Shown: positions 1-7,994 of the stretch, piece after piece
Position numbering within the stretch: position 1 is the first letter of the stretch
Layout: the number at the start of each line of letters is the position of its first letter
Assembly (NCBI GenBank): GCA_963977445.1
Contig: CAXBPH010000127.1
Span: forward strand, 1 to 18,945
Origin: an uncultured bacterium
Lineage (GTDB): Bacteria > Hydrogenedentota > Hydrogenedentia > Hydrogenedentales > JAEUWI01
DNA length: 18,945 nt
Reading direction: 5' to 3'
Notes under the pieces: model-generated
Seen by the model: the letters and a program-made list of their open reading frames with translations, nothing else
Told to the model about the DNA's origin: nothing
Database searches by the model: none
Position numbers and translations under genes: made by a program

Positions 1-2
1 TG

Positions 3-245
3 TCGGGCGCCCTTCAATCTTTTGAGCAGGTGGACATGGCGTCGGGCAGTGAAGCCCACGTAAAGCTCAGCCTCGAAGTGCGGAAGGATGGCGTCAGTCA
101 ATATGCCACGCCAGAGATTTCCAATGTCTACGAAGTCAGTCTTCCGATTGAGGAAGAGTCTGCTGGTGGGGTTGTGGCCACACTCTCGGTCTGTCTTGAG
201 ACCGTTGCACGTGCTATAGTCACAGATATAGCCGCGCTGAAGTAA
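3..245 (+). CDS. C-terminal part of a probable ABC-type transport auxiliary lipoprotein (PqiC-like); 5' end lies outside the window
   Basis: The frame is open from the window edge (SGALQSFEQVDMASGSEAHVKLSLEV...VVATLSVCLETVARAIVTDIAALK*). The G-L-xx-FE strand, A-x-V-x-L strand and terminal amphipathic helix resemble PqiC-family C-termini. Family call is from pattern recognition only. Confidence 0.5.
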   Translation, partial: SGALQSFEQVDMASGSEAHVKLSLEVRKDGVSQYATPEISNVYEVSLPIEEESAGGVVATLSVCLETVARAIVTDIAALK

Positions 246-272
246 CCGCGCGGGTCTACGCAGGAATTCAGC

Positions 273-1070
273 ATGGCACCACACACGAAGGCCGACGAAC
301 ATCTCTCTGACTATGAGAGAGCGGTGTGTTACCACACCTTGCCCCGTGTGAGTCATCCCCTTACGCTGGGCCTTATTGTCGCCTATGCTATTTGCCTGAT
401 TGAGGCCCTGGGGGCCATTGCTATCGGCCTATATTTCGAGCGCCCCTGGTGGGTTAAGCTCGGGGTAGCCTCGCTCATCGGCCTGATTTTTTTTGGCCTC
501 ATCGTGTTTACGATTCGGGCCTTTATCAATGAGCTGCGCCGCCGTCGGATGTTGGCTGCGGCCCAAGGGGTTCCCGATGCGCGGGCGTCGGCCCACGACC
601 TGCCCGATCCCTTTGCAGACCATATCTTGCTCCACCACAAATCTCATGTCCGTGGGACGGTTTATAATCTGACCGACAACGATGATGCGAGCGGCTATGA
701 AGTGAAAACTTCCACGAGCCATGGCTGGTGGACCATCACGAATTTACAGACCCAGGAAGTCCTGCGCGTGGATACGATGGAGCGGGGGAAGAGTTTTCAA
801 TTTGGCGTTAACTTACCTGCGCTGATGAAAGTCACCCGAGGTGGCACCGAAGTGGCGCGCATCCGCCGTCGCTTTTCGCTCAATGAACCCAAGGTGGAAA
901 TCGAGCTATTTCACCCCGAGTCGCAGGTACTCCAGTTGCGAAATCAGGGGATATTCTGGAATAATCGGCTCGTCGGTCGGGTCTATTTTTTGCGCGGGTC
1001 CTTCTATCTGGACGTGCACAAGCAGTATTTTAACGACGGGGTATTGGCTTATTTCGTGACGGAAATATAG
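273..1070 (+). CDS. Hypothetical membrane protein: two N-terminal TM helices plus a beta-rich C-terminal domain (possibly LURP-one/scramblase/tubby-C-like)
   Basis: 265-aa ORF with an AGGA RBS upstream and two hydrophobic segments (LTLGLIV...GLYF, LGVASLIG...FTI). The C-terminus has alternating beta-strand patterns (EVARIRRRFS, RLVGRV) and a final helix. Confidence 0.7.
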   Translation: MAPHTKADEHLSDYERAVCYHTLPRVSHPLTLGLIVAYAICLIEALGAIAIGLYFERPWWVKLGVASLIGLIFFGLIVFTIRAFINELRRRRMLAAAQGVPDARASAHDLPDPFADHILLHHKSHVRGTVYNLTDNDDASGYEVKTSTSHGWWTITNLQTQEVLRVDTMERGKSFQFGVNLPALMKVTRGGTEVARIRRRFSLNEPKVEIELFHPESQVLQLRNQGIFWNNRLVGRVYFLRGSFYLDVHKQYFNDGVLAYFVTEI

Positions 1071-1159
1071 TTTGGGGATAGGGTTGGAGCCGAGGCCGCA
1101 GCATCGGGGTGTCGGCCTCTAATTGCACAATCGAACCGAGAGAAGTGGAGTCTTTAAAA

Positions 1160-1768
1160 ATGATTAAGCAGCGAATGGCATATTGTTTCGTGAGTGTAGT
1201 TTTGGGGTTGGGGGTGTTTTGTACGTCGGCACATGGCGGCCTCCAGATTGAAGACGGCATGTGGCGGACCGAATTGAATAGCGACTTTGGTGTTCATCAA
1301 GGCAGTCGAAATCGGTCGGGTGACGTCAGCGTGAGCGGATTTGTGGACTACGAGGTCCCCGCGACGCCGCACACCACCCTGAGTCTCCGGCTGATGCCGT
1401 TATTTGTGTACACCCAGGATGGCGGTGAAGATGAGCACCGCTGGTTTCGGGGTGTATTTCACGATGATGGCGATGATGATGATGATACCGTCTGGGGTGC
1501 AGGTCTCGGAGTCGTGGGACGGGTCTATCAGGTCAAAGACGAGTATCGCGGTTGGTACGGTGAGGCCGGTGTGACGGCCTTTCTACACGATAATGAGTTT
1601 GTGGGCAACAATTCCAACCTCAACTTTCTAACTACCTTTGGTGTGGGCTATCAGTTCAAGAGCGATTGGCATATTCAGCTCCACTATCAGCATATCTCCA
1701 ACGCCAGCCTGGGCAGCCGGAATTCCGGCGCCAACTCCCTGGGTTTGGGCATCGGCTATCGATTCTAG
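1160..1768 (+). CDS. pagL: PagL-family / acyloxyacyl hydrolase outer-membrane beta-barrel (lipid A 3-O-deacylase-like)
   Basis: GGAG (1147-1150) precedes ATG 1160, which is preferred over the GTG at 1109. It has a Sec signal peptide ending AHG, the C-terminal H-x-S-N catalytic motif (YQHISNASLGSRNSGANS) and a terminal beta-signal GIGYRF. Confidence 0.8.
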   Translation: MIKQRMAYCFVSVVLGLGVFCTSAHGGLQIEDGMWRTELNSDFGVHQGSRNRSGDVSVSGFVDYEVPATPHTTLSLRLMPLFVYTQDGGEDEHRWFRGVFHDDGDDDDDTVWGAGLGVVGRVYQVKDEYRGWYGEAGVTAFLHDNEFVGNNSNLNFLTTFGVGYQFKSDWHIQLHYQHISNASLGSRNSGANSLGLGIGYRF

Positions 1769-1787
1769 TTCCCGTTGAACTTCCTTG

Positions 1788-1815
1788 AGGGGCACCCGTT
1801 TCGGGTGCCCCTTTT
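1788..1815 (+). terminator. Intrinsic terminator after pagL
   Basis: Perfect 11-bp stem AGGGGCACCCG/CGGGTGCCCCT with a TTT loop, followed by a T run, about 20 nt after the stop codon. Confidence 0.85.
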
Positions 1816-1894
1816 GTCTATCCTTCCCGCCGGTACCCTTTATCGAAGTGATTTATCACTTTACGCACCTGGCCTTTGTGTTGTTGCCTAAGGA

Positions 1895-1973
1895 TAGCTA
1901 TATGTAGGGGTTGGGGCTGGGGTGCCATAAGCCATCTAGTGGTTATTTTTCAAAATGACACAATATTTAGTTG
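1895..1973. promoter_or_regulatory. Three phased NrdR-box-like operators
   Basis: TAGCTATATGTAGGGG (1895-1910), ATAAGCCATCTAGTGG (1927-1942, half-site) and ACACAATATTTAGTTG (1958-1973, 13/16 match to acaCwAtATaTwGtgt). Start-to-start spacing is 32 and 31 bp. Confidence 0.7.
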
Positions 1974-1999
1974 CAACATTTCAGGTTCTCTGTTAACAT
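1971..1999 (+). promoter_or_regulatory. Sigma70-type promoter of ftsK
   Basis: TTGCAA (1971-1976), a 17-bp spacer ending in TGn, then TAACAT (1994-1999). An AGGA RBS at 2028-2031 precedes GTG 2039. Confidence 0.65.
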
Positions 2000-2038
2000 A
2001 AGCCCACGTTAACCCGCTCTAAAACCCAGGAAAAGCCC

Positions 2039-4699
2039 GTGCGCTCGACTTCAAACCTATCTGCTGAACGTAAGTCTGAGCTGGTTGGGCTTGTGATAGG
2101 TGCGCTTACCGTAGTGCTCTTCCTCGCCTTGGTCACCGATGGCTACGACGTGCAGGTACAATCTACCCGGCCCTACGACGATATGCTGGGTGTTCCCAAC
2201 CTATTGAGGGCTCCCGGAGCCTTCGTGGCCGGGGTATTTGCCCTCTTACTCGGTGATGCGCGCCATGTGACCTACTCCCTGTCCTTTGTGTGGTCACTCA
2301 TGCTGATCAGCCACCGACCCGTCGATCACCTGCTGCCCCGGTTGCTTGGTGCGGGCGTCTTGCTCGTGGCGGTTGCGTCTTTTCTGCAGCTCAATTTTGT
2401 AACCGGTAGTTCCAATGCCGATGCGGGCGGGGCCATCGGGCTTTTTGTTGTTTCCCTCTTCACACGGAACCATTTCGGCATTGTTGGTGCCAACATTGTG
2501 GTCTGCTCCATGGCCCTGGTTGGCTTGCTGCTGGCAGCGGAATACCTCTTTATTTATCTGTTTCTCGTGGTTCAGCGGGGCGGCGCGCGCTTGTTACAAC
2601 GTACTTCCGGCGCTTCATTGCGGCGGGCAACGGCCGGTGCTGGCGTGCTGGCAGGTCAAGACAAGGCCCCCCGGACGCCCCGACAAGAGCCCTTGCCCCT
2701 GGATGCGGAAGCGATTCCTGAGCCTATTGTGGCCGAAGATCCGGAAGAAATGGTCTACCCCGCCCTCGATATGGCTGCGGATCGCCTTTCCCGGATTACT
2801 ATTCGGGGTTCCGGTGCGCCGACGGAAGAGGAAGAGCTCCCCTTCGACGCGGTGCCCGACATTGGGCATGAGCTGGACGACGACACGATAGAAGATGAGG
2901 CCCTTGCCATTGACTTGGACCTGCCCGAGGCACAGGAGCCTTACGACGATGGCTTCGATGTGCCGGAAGACCCCTTCGAAGCAATAGAGCCTTATGTCGA
3001 TGACGCGCCCGCGCTGAATATTACCCAAGCCGCGTTGGAGCCGGTGGATGACGAGCTTGTAGAAGCCGAATCCGACTGGGATGCGCCAGTGCCTGCGGCA
3101 GAACCAGAACCTGAGCCTGCGTCGGCCCTTGCCCCCGCCCCGGCTGCCAAGCCCCAGGCGAAACCCCGCCGCCCCCGCCGCAAAATCGTGGCCCATGAGG
3201 AAATTCCTCATGATTACAAGTACCCGAAGCACTACAGCCGGCCTTCTATGGACATCCTCGATGAGGCAGAAGAGAAAGTCGTCACCGATCTTTCGGAGCA
3301 ATTGCGAGCGACGAGTATTCTGCTGGAAGAGACTCTGCAAACCTTTGGCATTGAAGCGCGGGTTACCGATGTTACCCGGGGCCCGACCATTACCCGTTAC
3401 GAGCTGGAGCCTGCACCCGGTATAAAGGTAGCGCGTTTTCAGGCCCTTTCCGACGATATTGCCCTGGCCCTGAAGGCCCACCGCATCCGCGTGGAAGCCC
3501 CCATTCCCGGCAAAGGGCGTGTAGGTATCGAAGCGCCGAACGCCGAGCGTGATCCTGTACTGATTCGCGAGCTCATTGAATCCCGTGTGTTCAAGCGGGG
3601 CAAAGGCAAGCTGAACCTTGTGCTCGGTAAAGATATTGCCGGTGAAGTTAAGATTGCCGATCTGGCAACCATGCCTCACCTGTTGGTGGCCGGTGCCACC
3701 GGCGCGGGTAAGACCGTCTGCGTGAAGGCCCTACTGGCGAGTTTGCTTTTCCAGCACACGCCCGACGACTTGCAGCTGATTTTGATTGACCCGAAGATGG
3801 TGGAACTGTCGATTTTCAATGATATCCCCCATTTGATTACGCCCGTGGTGATTGACCCGAAGAAGGCGTCCGTTTCCCTCACATGGCTTATCAATGAGAT
3901 GGAAGAGCGCTATCGCCTCTTTGCTGACCTGCGGGTACGTAATATTGAGGTCTACAATCACAGCGTCGAGAACGGTGAAATCGAGATGGAAGGGGACGAG
4001 GACGATCCCGAATCCCATTCCTTGAGTGTGATTCGCCGTCTGCCCTATATTGTCTGCGTGATCGACGAATTGGCCGATCTGATGATGCTGGCCCGCTCCG
4101 AAGTGGAAGATTCCATTGCCCGACTGGCCCAATTGGCTCGTGCCGTGGGTATTCATATGATAATCGCGACCCAGCGGCCGTCGGTCGACGTGTTGACCGG
4201 TGTTATCAAAGCAAATTTTCCATCTCGTATATCATTTCAGGTGTCATCTCGGGTAGACTCCAGGTGTATTCTTGACGAAATTGGTGCTGAACGGCTTATC
4301 GGTATGGGTGATATGCTCTATTTGCCCGCTGGTCAGTCGAAGCCCACCCGTATTCAGGGTGCCTTTGTAAGTGATGATGAGATGAATTCTCTCATTATGC
4401 ACTTAAAAAGACAGGCCCCGCCGCAGTACAAAGATGAAATAGAAAATTGGGGGAAAAGTAGAGATAAATTAGAAGAAATTGCCGACGAACCCGATGAGTT
4501 ATTCGACGACGCCGTACACATTGTTATGGAAACTGGCCAGGCCTCAATTTCCATGGTGCAAAGGCGTTTGCGAGTAGGGTACACTAGGGCGGCGCGGTTG
4601 ATTGATATGATGGAGCGAAAGGGAATTGTGGGGCCCCATACGGGGAGTAAAGCACGGGAGATCCTGGTCGACGCCGTGCAGGTAGAAGAAAGCTCATGA
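2039..4699 (+). CDS. ftsK: DNA translocase FtsK/SpoIIIE
   Basis: N-terminal multi-TM domain and acidic/Pro-rich linker. Motor motifs are PHLLVAGATGAGKT (Walker A), IDPKMVEL, IDELADLMM (Walker B) and ATQRPSVDV. The gamma domain reads ASISMVQRRLRVGYTRAARLID. Confidence 0.97.
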   Translation: MRSTSNLSAERKSELVGLVIGALTVVLFLALVTDGYDVQVQSTRPYDDMLGVPNLLRAPGAFVAGVFALLLGDARHVTYSLSFVWSLMLISHRPVDHLLPRLLGAGVLLVAVASFLQLNFVTGSSNADAGGAIGLFVVSLFTRNHFGIVGANIVVCSMALVGLLLAAEYLFIYLFLVVQRGGARLLQRTSGASLRRATAGAGVLAGQDKAPRTPRQEPLPLDAEAIPEPIVAEDPEEMVYPALDMAADRLSRITIRGSGAPTEEEELPFDAVPDIGHELDDDTIEDEALAIDLDLPEAQEPYDDGFDVPEDPFEAIEPYVDDAPALNITQAALEPVDDELVEAESDWDAPVPAAEPEPEPASALAPAPAAKPQAKPRRPRRKIVAHEEIPHDYKYPKHYSRPSMDILDEAEEKVVTDLSEQLRATSILLEETLQTFGIEARVTDVTRGPTITRYELEPAPGIKVARFQALSDDIALALKAHRIRVEAPIPGKGRVGIEAPNAERDPVLIRELIESRVFKRGKGKLNLVLGKDIAGEVKIADLATMPHLLVAGATGAGKTVCVKALLASLLFQHTPDDLQLILIDPKMVELSIFNDIPHLITPVVIDPKKASVSLTWLINEMEERYRLFADLRVRNIEVYNHSVENGEIEMEGDEDDPESHSLSVIRRLPYIVCVIDELADLMMLARSEVEDSIARLAQLARAVGIHMIIATQRPSVDVLTGVIKANFPSRISFQVSSRVDSRCILDEIGAERLIGMGDMLYLPAGQSKPTRIQGAFVSDDEMNSLIMHLKRQAPPQYKDEIENWGKSRDKLEEIADEPDELFDDAVHIVMETGQASISMVQRRLRVGYTRAARLIDMMERKGIVGPHTGSKAREILVDAVQVEESS

Positions 4700-5163
4700 A
4701 CCAATTCGAATTTCCGGGACATAGATTGACCGAGCAGCGCGAAGCGCTGGCCATGTCAATGGTGGATGCGTATCACGAAACCCACGTTCCCATCGAGTAT
4801 CTTACTCGTCTGGAGAATGGTGAGTTGGATGAATTGCCCGCCACGGCCTATACCGTAGGATTTCTTACCACCTACTGTAATGTGCTGCAGCTGCCTGCCG
4901 AGCCCTTCATTGAAGCGTTGCGTACCTGCCGATCCACACGCCCTGAAGTGAACTTTCTGTCCCGTGGTGGCTTGTCCGACCTGAGTAATCCCTACCCACT
5001 CTGGGTTCGCGATGCCATGACCTGGGCCGCCATCTGTGCGGTTTTGTTGCTGGGCTGGGTCTCCTATTCCATTGTGGTCCGTCCCTTCGCGGAATCGACT
5101 CCCGACCGTGTAAACGCCGGATCCATCGAAATCGCGCCCCCTGCCCGGTTTGACGTGGAATAA
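4696..5163 (+). CDS. rodZ: RodZ-like HTH membrane protein, short form
   Basis: ATGA overlap with ftsK. The HTH_25-like segment G-xx-L-xxx-RE...YLTRLENGELDELPATAYTVGFLTTYCNVLQL is followed by one TM helix, in the typical position after ftsK. Confidence 0.8.
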   Translation: MNQFEFPGHRLTEQREALAMSMVDAYHETHVPIEYLTRLENGELDELPATAYTVGFLTTYCNVLQLPAEPFIEALRTCRSTRPEVNFLSRGGLSDLSNPYPLWVRDAMTWAAICAVLLLGWVSYSIVVRPFAESTPDRVNAGSIEIAPPARFDVE

Positions 5164-5265
5164 TTCGGACCACCTGACCAGCGATGGCGGCTATTTGTTG
5201 GCGTCGTGACGGGGGCGGCCTTCTCGGGATTTGGACGCCGTCCGGGTGATTCCCCTTTTCCGATC

Positions 5266-5274
5266 TGCTACAAT
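5266..5274 (+). promoter_or_regulatory. Extended -10 promoter just upstream of pgsA
   Basis: TGcTACAAT ends 9 nt before ATG 5284, and there is no Shine-Dalgarno in between. Confidence 0.55.
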
Positions 5275-5283
5275 GGCGGCATT

Positions 5284-5898
5284 ATGAACCTACCCAATAA
5301 ACTCACCGTGGCACGCTGCATCCTGACGGGATTCTTCGTGTTCTTTCTTTCCTTCCAGGATGTCTATTGCTATGCCTTGGGCTATATTGTCTTCGTCACA
5401 GCGGCCATCACCGACTATTACGACGGCAAAATAGCGCGCGAACGCAATCTGGTCACCAATTTCGGGAAACTGCTCGACCCGGTGGCCGATAAGGTGCTGG
5501 TCGTTGCTGCCTTTGTCATGCTACTCGGAATCCCCGCCATGGCGGTCCCCGCGTGGAGTGTGGTCCTGATTCTGGCCCGGGAATTTCTCGTTACCGGCGC
5601 GCGGGCGCTGGGTGCGGCCCAGGGCCTCGTTATACCAGCGAATAAATGGGGTAAACGGAAGACCGTCTATCAATTGGTCTACGCCTGCACCTTTCTTTTT
5701 ATGGTGGTCGTTATTCAGGCCCTGGAACAATATCCGGCGTTGGGAGATAGTATTCCTGGCGACGTTGCGATGTATACCACCGGAATCGGGCTGGCCTCTC
5801 GCTGGTCCATTGTTCTCGTCTCCCTCTATACCGTCTATTCGGGCATACAGTTTGCCCGGCTCAACTGGAAATCCCTCGGGCTTGACGCCGTTTCATGA
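5284..5898 (+). CDS. pgsA: CDP-diacylglycerol--glycerol-3-phosphate 3-phosphatidyltransferase
   Basis: Canonical start MNLPNKLTVAR (ATG 5284 rather than GTG 5206) and the CDP-alcohol phosphotransferase motif TDYYDGKIAR...TNFGKLLDPVADK. Confidence 0.95.
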   Translation: MNLPNKLTVARCILTGFFVFFLSFQDVYCYALGYIVFVTAAITDYYDGKIARERNLVTNFGKLLDPVADKVLVVAAFVMLLGIPAMAVPAWSVVLILAREFLVTGARALGAAQGLVIPANKWGKRKTVYQLVYACTFLFMVVVIQALEQYPALGDSIPGDVAMYTTGIGLASRWSIVLVSLYTVYSGIQFARLNWKSLGLDAVS

Positions 5899-7019
5899 AT
5901 AACACCATCCACACCTCTCAGGCCATCGTTGATTTGTCGGCCTATGAATACAATCTTTCGGTGGTGCGCAATCTCACGGGGCCCGGGTGCGATTTGGCGG
6001 CCGTGGTCAAAGCCAATGGCTACGGTCTTGGTGCCCTGCCCATCGCCCAACGTGCCTTGGCATCGGGCGCACGCATGCTATGCGTTGCCACGGCCGAAGA
6101 GGGCGTAGCGCTCCGCGAGGGGGGGATTGAAGCGCCTATCCTGGTGCTGATGCAGTCGGACAGGGATTCACTGGCCTCCATTATTCGCCACCACCTCACG
6201 CTTATGCTTTCCGACGTGAAAACGGCCGAAGTACTGGGCGAAATGGCGCGAAAAGCCAACCAGGTATTGCCGGTCCACTGTATGGTGGACTCGGGCTTTG
6301 GTCGCCAGGGCTTTTCTGCAGAAACGGCGGCGGAAGATATCCAATATCTAACCCGAATCTCTCACATCGATGTAGAAGGTATCGCCACCCACTTCCCGGT
6401 GGCCAATATCGTGGACGATGCCTTCACCTATGGCCAGATTCGGGCCTTTAAACACCTCTTGAAGCAGTTGGAGAAAGAGGGCATCCCCTATGAGGTCGCC
6501 CACGCCGCCAACAGCGCTGCCGTGGTAAATTATCCTGGGAGCCTGTTTAATATGGTTCGTGCGGGTATCATGTCCTATGGCGTCTGGCCGACCGATGCGC
6601 CCCCCGCGACCGAAATGCTGCGTCCCGTAGTTCGATGGGAAACACGCGTGGCCCAGGTCCGCGAACTGGAGCCCGGCTCGACGGTGGGGTATGGACGGAC
6701 CTACACGACGCCGGGGCGGATGAAGGCGGCCATGCTGCCAATCGGTTATGCCGATGGGTATCCCTTCAGTCTGTCGAATAAGGCCGAGGTATTGATCCGC
6801 GGCAAACGGTGTCCGATTCGTGGTCGGGTTTGCATGGATCAAGTCGTTGTTGACGTTACGGATGTACTACGTGTCGAAGCCGGTGATATTGCGGTATTGC
6901 TGGGCAGCGATGGCGAAGAAACGATAACGGTAGCCGAATTGGCGTGTCAGGCGTGTACCATCCCCTATGAAATTTTGACCGGGATCGGACCGCGTGTTCC
7001 ACGCGTCTACGAAGGATAA
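5895..7019 (+). CDS. alr: Alanine racemase
   Basis: PLP-lysine motif AVVKANGYG, plus HAANSAA, VGYG (catalytic Tyr), IGYADG, GRVCMDQ and TIPYEIL. ATGA overlap with pgsA. Confidence 0.96.
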   Translation: MNNTIHTSQAIVDLSAYEYNLSVVRNLTGPGCDLAAVVKANGYGLGALPIAQRALASGARMLCVATAEEGVALREGGIEAPILVLMQSDRDSLASIIRHHLTLMLSDVKTAEVLGEMARKANQVLPVHCMVDSGFGRQGFSAETAAEDIQYLTRISHIDVEGIATHFPVANIVDDAFTYGQIRAFKHLLKQLEKEGIPYEVAHAANSAAVVNYPGSLFNMVRAGIMSYGVWPTDAPPATEMLRPVVRWETRVAQVRELEPGSTVGYGRTYTTPGRMKAAMLPIGYADGYPFSLSNKAEVLIRGKRCPIRGRVCMDQVVVDVTDVLRVEAGDIAVLLGSDGEETITVAELACQACTIPYEILTGIGPRVPRVYEG

Positions 7020-7064
7020 TGTGCACGATCCCGGGACGGGTTCGGGTCAAAAGACGAGGTAGAC

Positions 7065-7583
7065 ATGTCGGAATTACACCTGGTGGACGGATACAATATC
7101 CTGCACAAGTGTAGTTGGCTGAAGAGCCTGCTGCGTCATGATCTGGAAACCGCACGGGAAGCGCTCATCGACAAGGTGGCCCACTTTTGTTCCCACAGTG
7201 GCACCCGCGTGACGATTGTTTTTGATGGCCGTGGCCGCAAGATACCGGAGAAAGTGGCCCACAATCGCAGCGTGGGTTCCCTCAAAATCCTCTATTCCCC
7301 ATCCCAGCTCACGGCTGATTCTGTCATCGAGCGCATGGTCTATGAAACGCCGCGGAAGATGGATGTGGTGGTCGTGACCAACGACCGGGGTGTTCGTGAT
7401 TTGTGTCGGGGGATGGGTGCACTGGTGATGGACGCGCAAAACTTCCTCAGCTGTATTCAGGAAAGCAGCCGTGCGACCAGCGAAACGGTAAAGCGCACGC
7501 AGGCACCGATGCCCCACCACCTGGGTGATCGACTTGACGCGTCGTCCTTGGAAGCACTGGACCGACTGCGCAAAAAACTCTAA
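7065..7583 (+). CDS. NYN-domain ribonuclease, YacP/Rae1-like
   Basis: Motifs LVDGYN, AREALI, IVFDG, YS-xxx-LTADSVIER and VVTND; GAGG RBS upstream. Confidence 0.88.
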   Translation: MSELHLVDGYNILHKCSWLKSLLRHDLETAREALIDKVAHFCSHSGTRVTIVFDGRGRKIPEKVAHNRSVGSLKILYSPSQLTADSVIERMVYETPRKMDVVVVTNDRGVRDLCRGMGALVMDAQNFLSCIQESSRATSETVKRTQAPMPHHLGDRLDASSLEALDRLRKKL

Positions 7584-7758
7584 ACTGCTACCCGGCATAA
7601 TCTTGCTTTTTGAACAAGAAAATGGATCGCAAAAGTTTGTAACGCCTTGTCATTATTAAGGTTACATTCGCAAATCAGGGCGGAAGAGATTCCGAATTCT
7701 GACCACGGATGAAACAAGGCAAAATAGAAAGTAAGTTAGCCCAAGCGAAACGCCGAAA

Positions 7759-7969
7759 AACAATGGGGGTTGACCATTCCCGCCACGGCGCGACTTCGAC
7801 TTGGTCGACACAAAAGGCACGGTGATTTTCGTGCCCCCTCCGTCCATGGCGAAAGGGCGGGAAGTGCCAAAGAATGGCGGTCAGAACTTCACATCACCTG
7901 AATAACATCACGTGCCCCGTGGAACCTGACGTGGGCCTTATGTCGACCAGGAATGGTCAACCCCCTGTT
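7759..7969. repeat. REPIN-like fold-back: two inverted copies of a REP-like palindrome
   Basis: GGGGGTTGACCATTCC (7765-7780) is the exact reverse complement of GGAATGGTCAACCCCC (7950-7965). TGGTCGACA (7802-7810) pairs with TGTCGACCA (7941-7949). Each arm is itself a GTTGACCA...TGGTCGAC hairpin. Confidence 0.7.
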
Positions 7970-7994
7970 GGACACGTCCGATTTTTTCCTCTTC

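Noticed and set aside
1109..1159. Upstream GTG starts given by the ORF track for pagL (1109) and pgsA (5206)
   Set aside because: Downstream ATGs (1160, 5284) fit better with the RBS and signal peptide (pagL) and with the family N-terminus and promoter position (pgsA).
2615..3679. Long antisense ORFs (also 8678-9457, 10195-11127, 13734-14639, 16655-17479, 17885-18745)
   Set aside because: These are shadow frames of well-supported genes in GC-rich DNA, with no recognisable motifs.
7711..7760. c-di-GMP-I riboswitch (AAGGCAAAA...GAAA)
   Set aside because: No paired P1/P2 stems, no GACGCAAAG element and no downstream gene on that strand.
7759..7969. 6S RNA, tmRNA, SRP RNA or retron msr-msd as the identity of the long hairpin
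   Set aside because: The bulge is one-sided rather than a 6S central bubble. There is no tRNA-like 3' CCA end, no SRP GGAAG tetraloop motif and no reverse transcriptase nearby.
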